From NCBI GenBank assembly GCA_964619725.1, contig CAZUFC010000059.1:21038-50774 (forward strand): DNA of 29,737 bases, in the 5' to 3' direction. The stretch's first letter is position 1. Each line of letters begins with the position of its first letter. The DNA is from an uncultured bacterium. Its GTDB lineage: Bacteria > CSSED10-310 > CAZUFC01. The notes beneath the pieces were generated by a model that saw only the letters and a program-made list of their open reading frames with translations, was not told the DNA's origin and searched no databases. This document shows, one piece after another, positions 28,413-29,737 of this stretch. The position numbers and the translations under genes were made by a program.

Positions 28413-28883
28413 ATGCTGAACCTCGATATACCCGGTTTCGGAAAGATGGAACTGGAACATGCCGTTTTCGACTACAACGGCACTTTGGCGGTGGACGGTA
28501 AATTGATCCAGGGCATAACCGAACGCCTGGAAAAACTGTCCCAAATCCTGGTGGTTCACGTAGTAACCGCAGACACATTCGGCCTGGCCGCAAAGGAAAC
28601 GAAAAAATTCCCCTGCCGCCTTCACATACTGGAAAAAAATCAAGAAGAAACGCAAAAACTCGATTACATAAAAAAATTGAATAAAATAAAAACCGCCGCT
28701 GTAGGAAACGGAGCCAACGACAGGATGATGCTGAAACAGGCCCGCCTGGGCATAGCGGTAACAGGCCCTGAAGGAGCAGCCCAGGAAACATGCCGCGCCG
28801 CAGACATAATAGTCCCCGACATAGCCGCAGCCATAAATTTATTATTGAATCCCAAAAGAATAAAAGCCACACTCAGATGTTGA
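28413..28883 (+). CDS. Small HAD-superfamily hydrolase (soluble P-type ATPase-like)
   Basis: Motif I FDYNGTLAVDG, motif II TADTFG, motif IV VGNGAND, C-terminal PKRIKATLR; AAGGAG RBS overlapping the selD stop. Confidence 0.9.
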   Translation: MLNLDIPGFGKMELEHAVFDYNGTLAVDGKLIQGITERLEKLSQILVVHVVTADTFGLAAKETKKFPCRLHILEKNQEETQKLDYIKKLNKIKTAAVGNGANDRMMLKQARLGIAVTGPEGAAQETCRAADIIVPDIAAAINLLLNPKRIKATLRC

Positions 28884-28924
28884 TTCTCAAACACGATTAA
28901 ACCAGTAAAGAAAATAATAGGGCG

Positions 28925-29039
28925 CTGATCAAAAATGGCCATGTCAGGGTTACAATTTCTCAGTTTGAAACCCTCGTGCTCGTGCTCAGTGCAGCGGTAA
29001 TCGTAATCGAAACATTGGTCTGATCTGTACAGTCGTTTG
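28925..29039. repeat. 115-bp direct repeat, copy 1, containing 6-bp periodic core (ctcgtg)n...(gtaatc)n
   Basis: 110/115 identical to 29471-29585. Confidence 0.95.
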
Positions 29040-29069
29040 AAAGCAAAGCAGGGCAATCATCTTAATCGA

Positions 29070-29107
29070 TCGATTACGATGACGAGCGCCGCTCCGCTGA
29101 GCAAGAA
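29070..29107. repeat. Inverted, diverged copy of the 6-bp periodic core
   Basis: tcgattacgatgacgagcgccgctccgctgagcaagaa resembles the reverse complement of 28973-29010 (tcgattacgattaccgctgcactgagcacgagcacgag). Confidence 0.75.
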
Positions 29108-29470
29108 AGTTCTTTTTGAGTATCGAGATCACAATTTGTAACCCCTGTTTGATCAGTTCCGTCAGAAGAACACATATCTCCTCGTAATTATTTGTTGCGA
29201 TACCGATAACGACGCCGAGACAAACGGCCATCGATGTAAAAATTTTTGCCGGCATATCGGCTTGCTTTTTTGATTGTTGTAGAGGGGGAGTCAGATTGGG
29301 TTATTTTTGAGCTGGTCAGGGGTATAGTTGGGTTATATTTTGGCTGGTTGGGGGAATCACCTCCTTTACATATCCTGACATTGACCGGTAAAATTTTTGA
29401 ACAGTTTAAACAACACACAACAAGATTATAAAATTTCGGGATTGATCAAACCGGGGTTACACTTTTTTCA

Positions 29471-29585
29471 CTGATCAAAAATAGCCATGTCAGGGTTACA
29501 ATTTCTCAGTTTGAATCCTTCGTGCTCGCGCTCAGTGCATCGGTAATCGTAATCGAAACATTGGTCTGATCTGTACAGTCGTTTG
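29471..29585. repeat. 115-bp direct repeat, copy 2
   Basis: 5 substitutions and no indels relative to 28925-29039. Confidence 0.95.
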
Positions 29586-29737
29586 TAAGTAAAGTCTGAA
29601 CTCCTGACAAGAATGTCACAACCTATTGAAAAAGTGTGATTTTCTTGCAGTGTAAATCGGCATAATAATTGTGAAGTTTTTACCCCCCCTATATCCGGTG
29701 GAAGAGAGTCGATTAATCGAAATTCAAACATGAGCTC

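Noticed and set aside
52-28872. Numerous 60-230 aa ORFs overlapping or antisense to the called genes (e.g. 1136-1693, 5221-5763, 7289-7870, 12996-13694, 28252-28872)
   Set aside because: Shadow frames of well-supported genes with no recognisable motifs or RBS.
29341-29370. 16S rRNA 3' end
   Set aside because: Only atcacctccttt matches; flanking sequence has no rRNA similarity.
28925-29585. Diversity-generating retroelement TR/VR pair
   Set aside because: The 5 mismatches are not confined to adenines on either copy or strand, neither copy lies in a credible gene 3' end, and no reverse transcriptase is present.
28664-29731. Paralogous ORFs containing FDYDYRCTEHEHE (28664-29056 and 29468-29731, minus strand)
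   Set aside because: Similarity is just translation of the 115-bp repeat; one overlaps the HAD gene antisense; no RBS.

Overview
A 29.7 kb chromosomal window from a diderm bacterium (it encodes a TonB-dependent outer-membrane receptor; GC about 50% by eye). Left to right: repeat-rich intergenic DNA; TonB-dependent receptor (-); cytoplasmic tricorn protease (+); PEGA-domain protein (-) with a candidate sigma54 promoter; a giant (1272 aa) secreted amidohydrolase-3 protein with a distinct C-terminal domain (-); ECF sigma/anti-sigma pair (-); a Yej/Opp-type peptide ABC binding protein plus two permeases (no ATPase gene; first permease carries a ~290 aa helical insertion); Phd-VapC toxin-antitoxin; a nucleotidyltransferase plus unknown partner (-); a 1560 aa adenylation/kinase-like/GNAT fusion (-); and, divergent from it, a three-gene operon of D-cysteine desulfhydrase-like enzyme, NifS-SelD fusion and small HAD hydrolase (+), followed by duplicated 115-bp repeats. 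Best candidates for novelty: (i) the selenium operon and its divergent multidomain acyl-transfer enzyme, (ii) orphan short-period intergenic repeats that coincide with local switches in strand/codon skew, (iii) unusual domain architectures. No rRNA, tRNA, CRISPR array, transposase or integrase was recognised. All assignments are by-eye motif recognition, not database searches.
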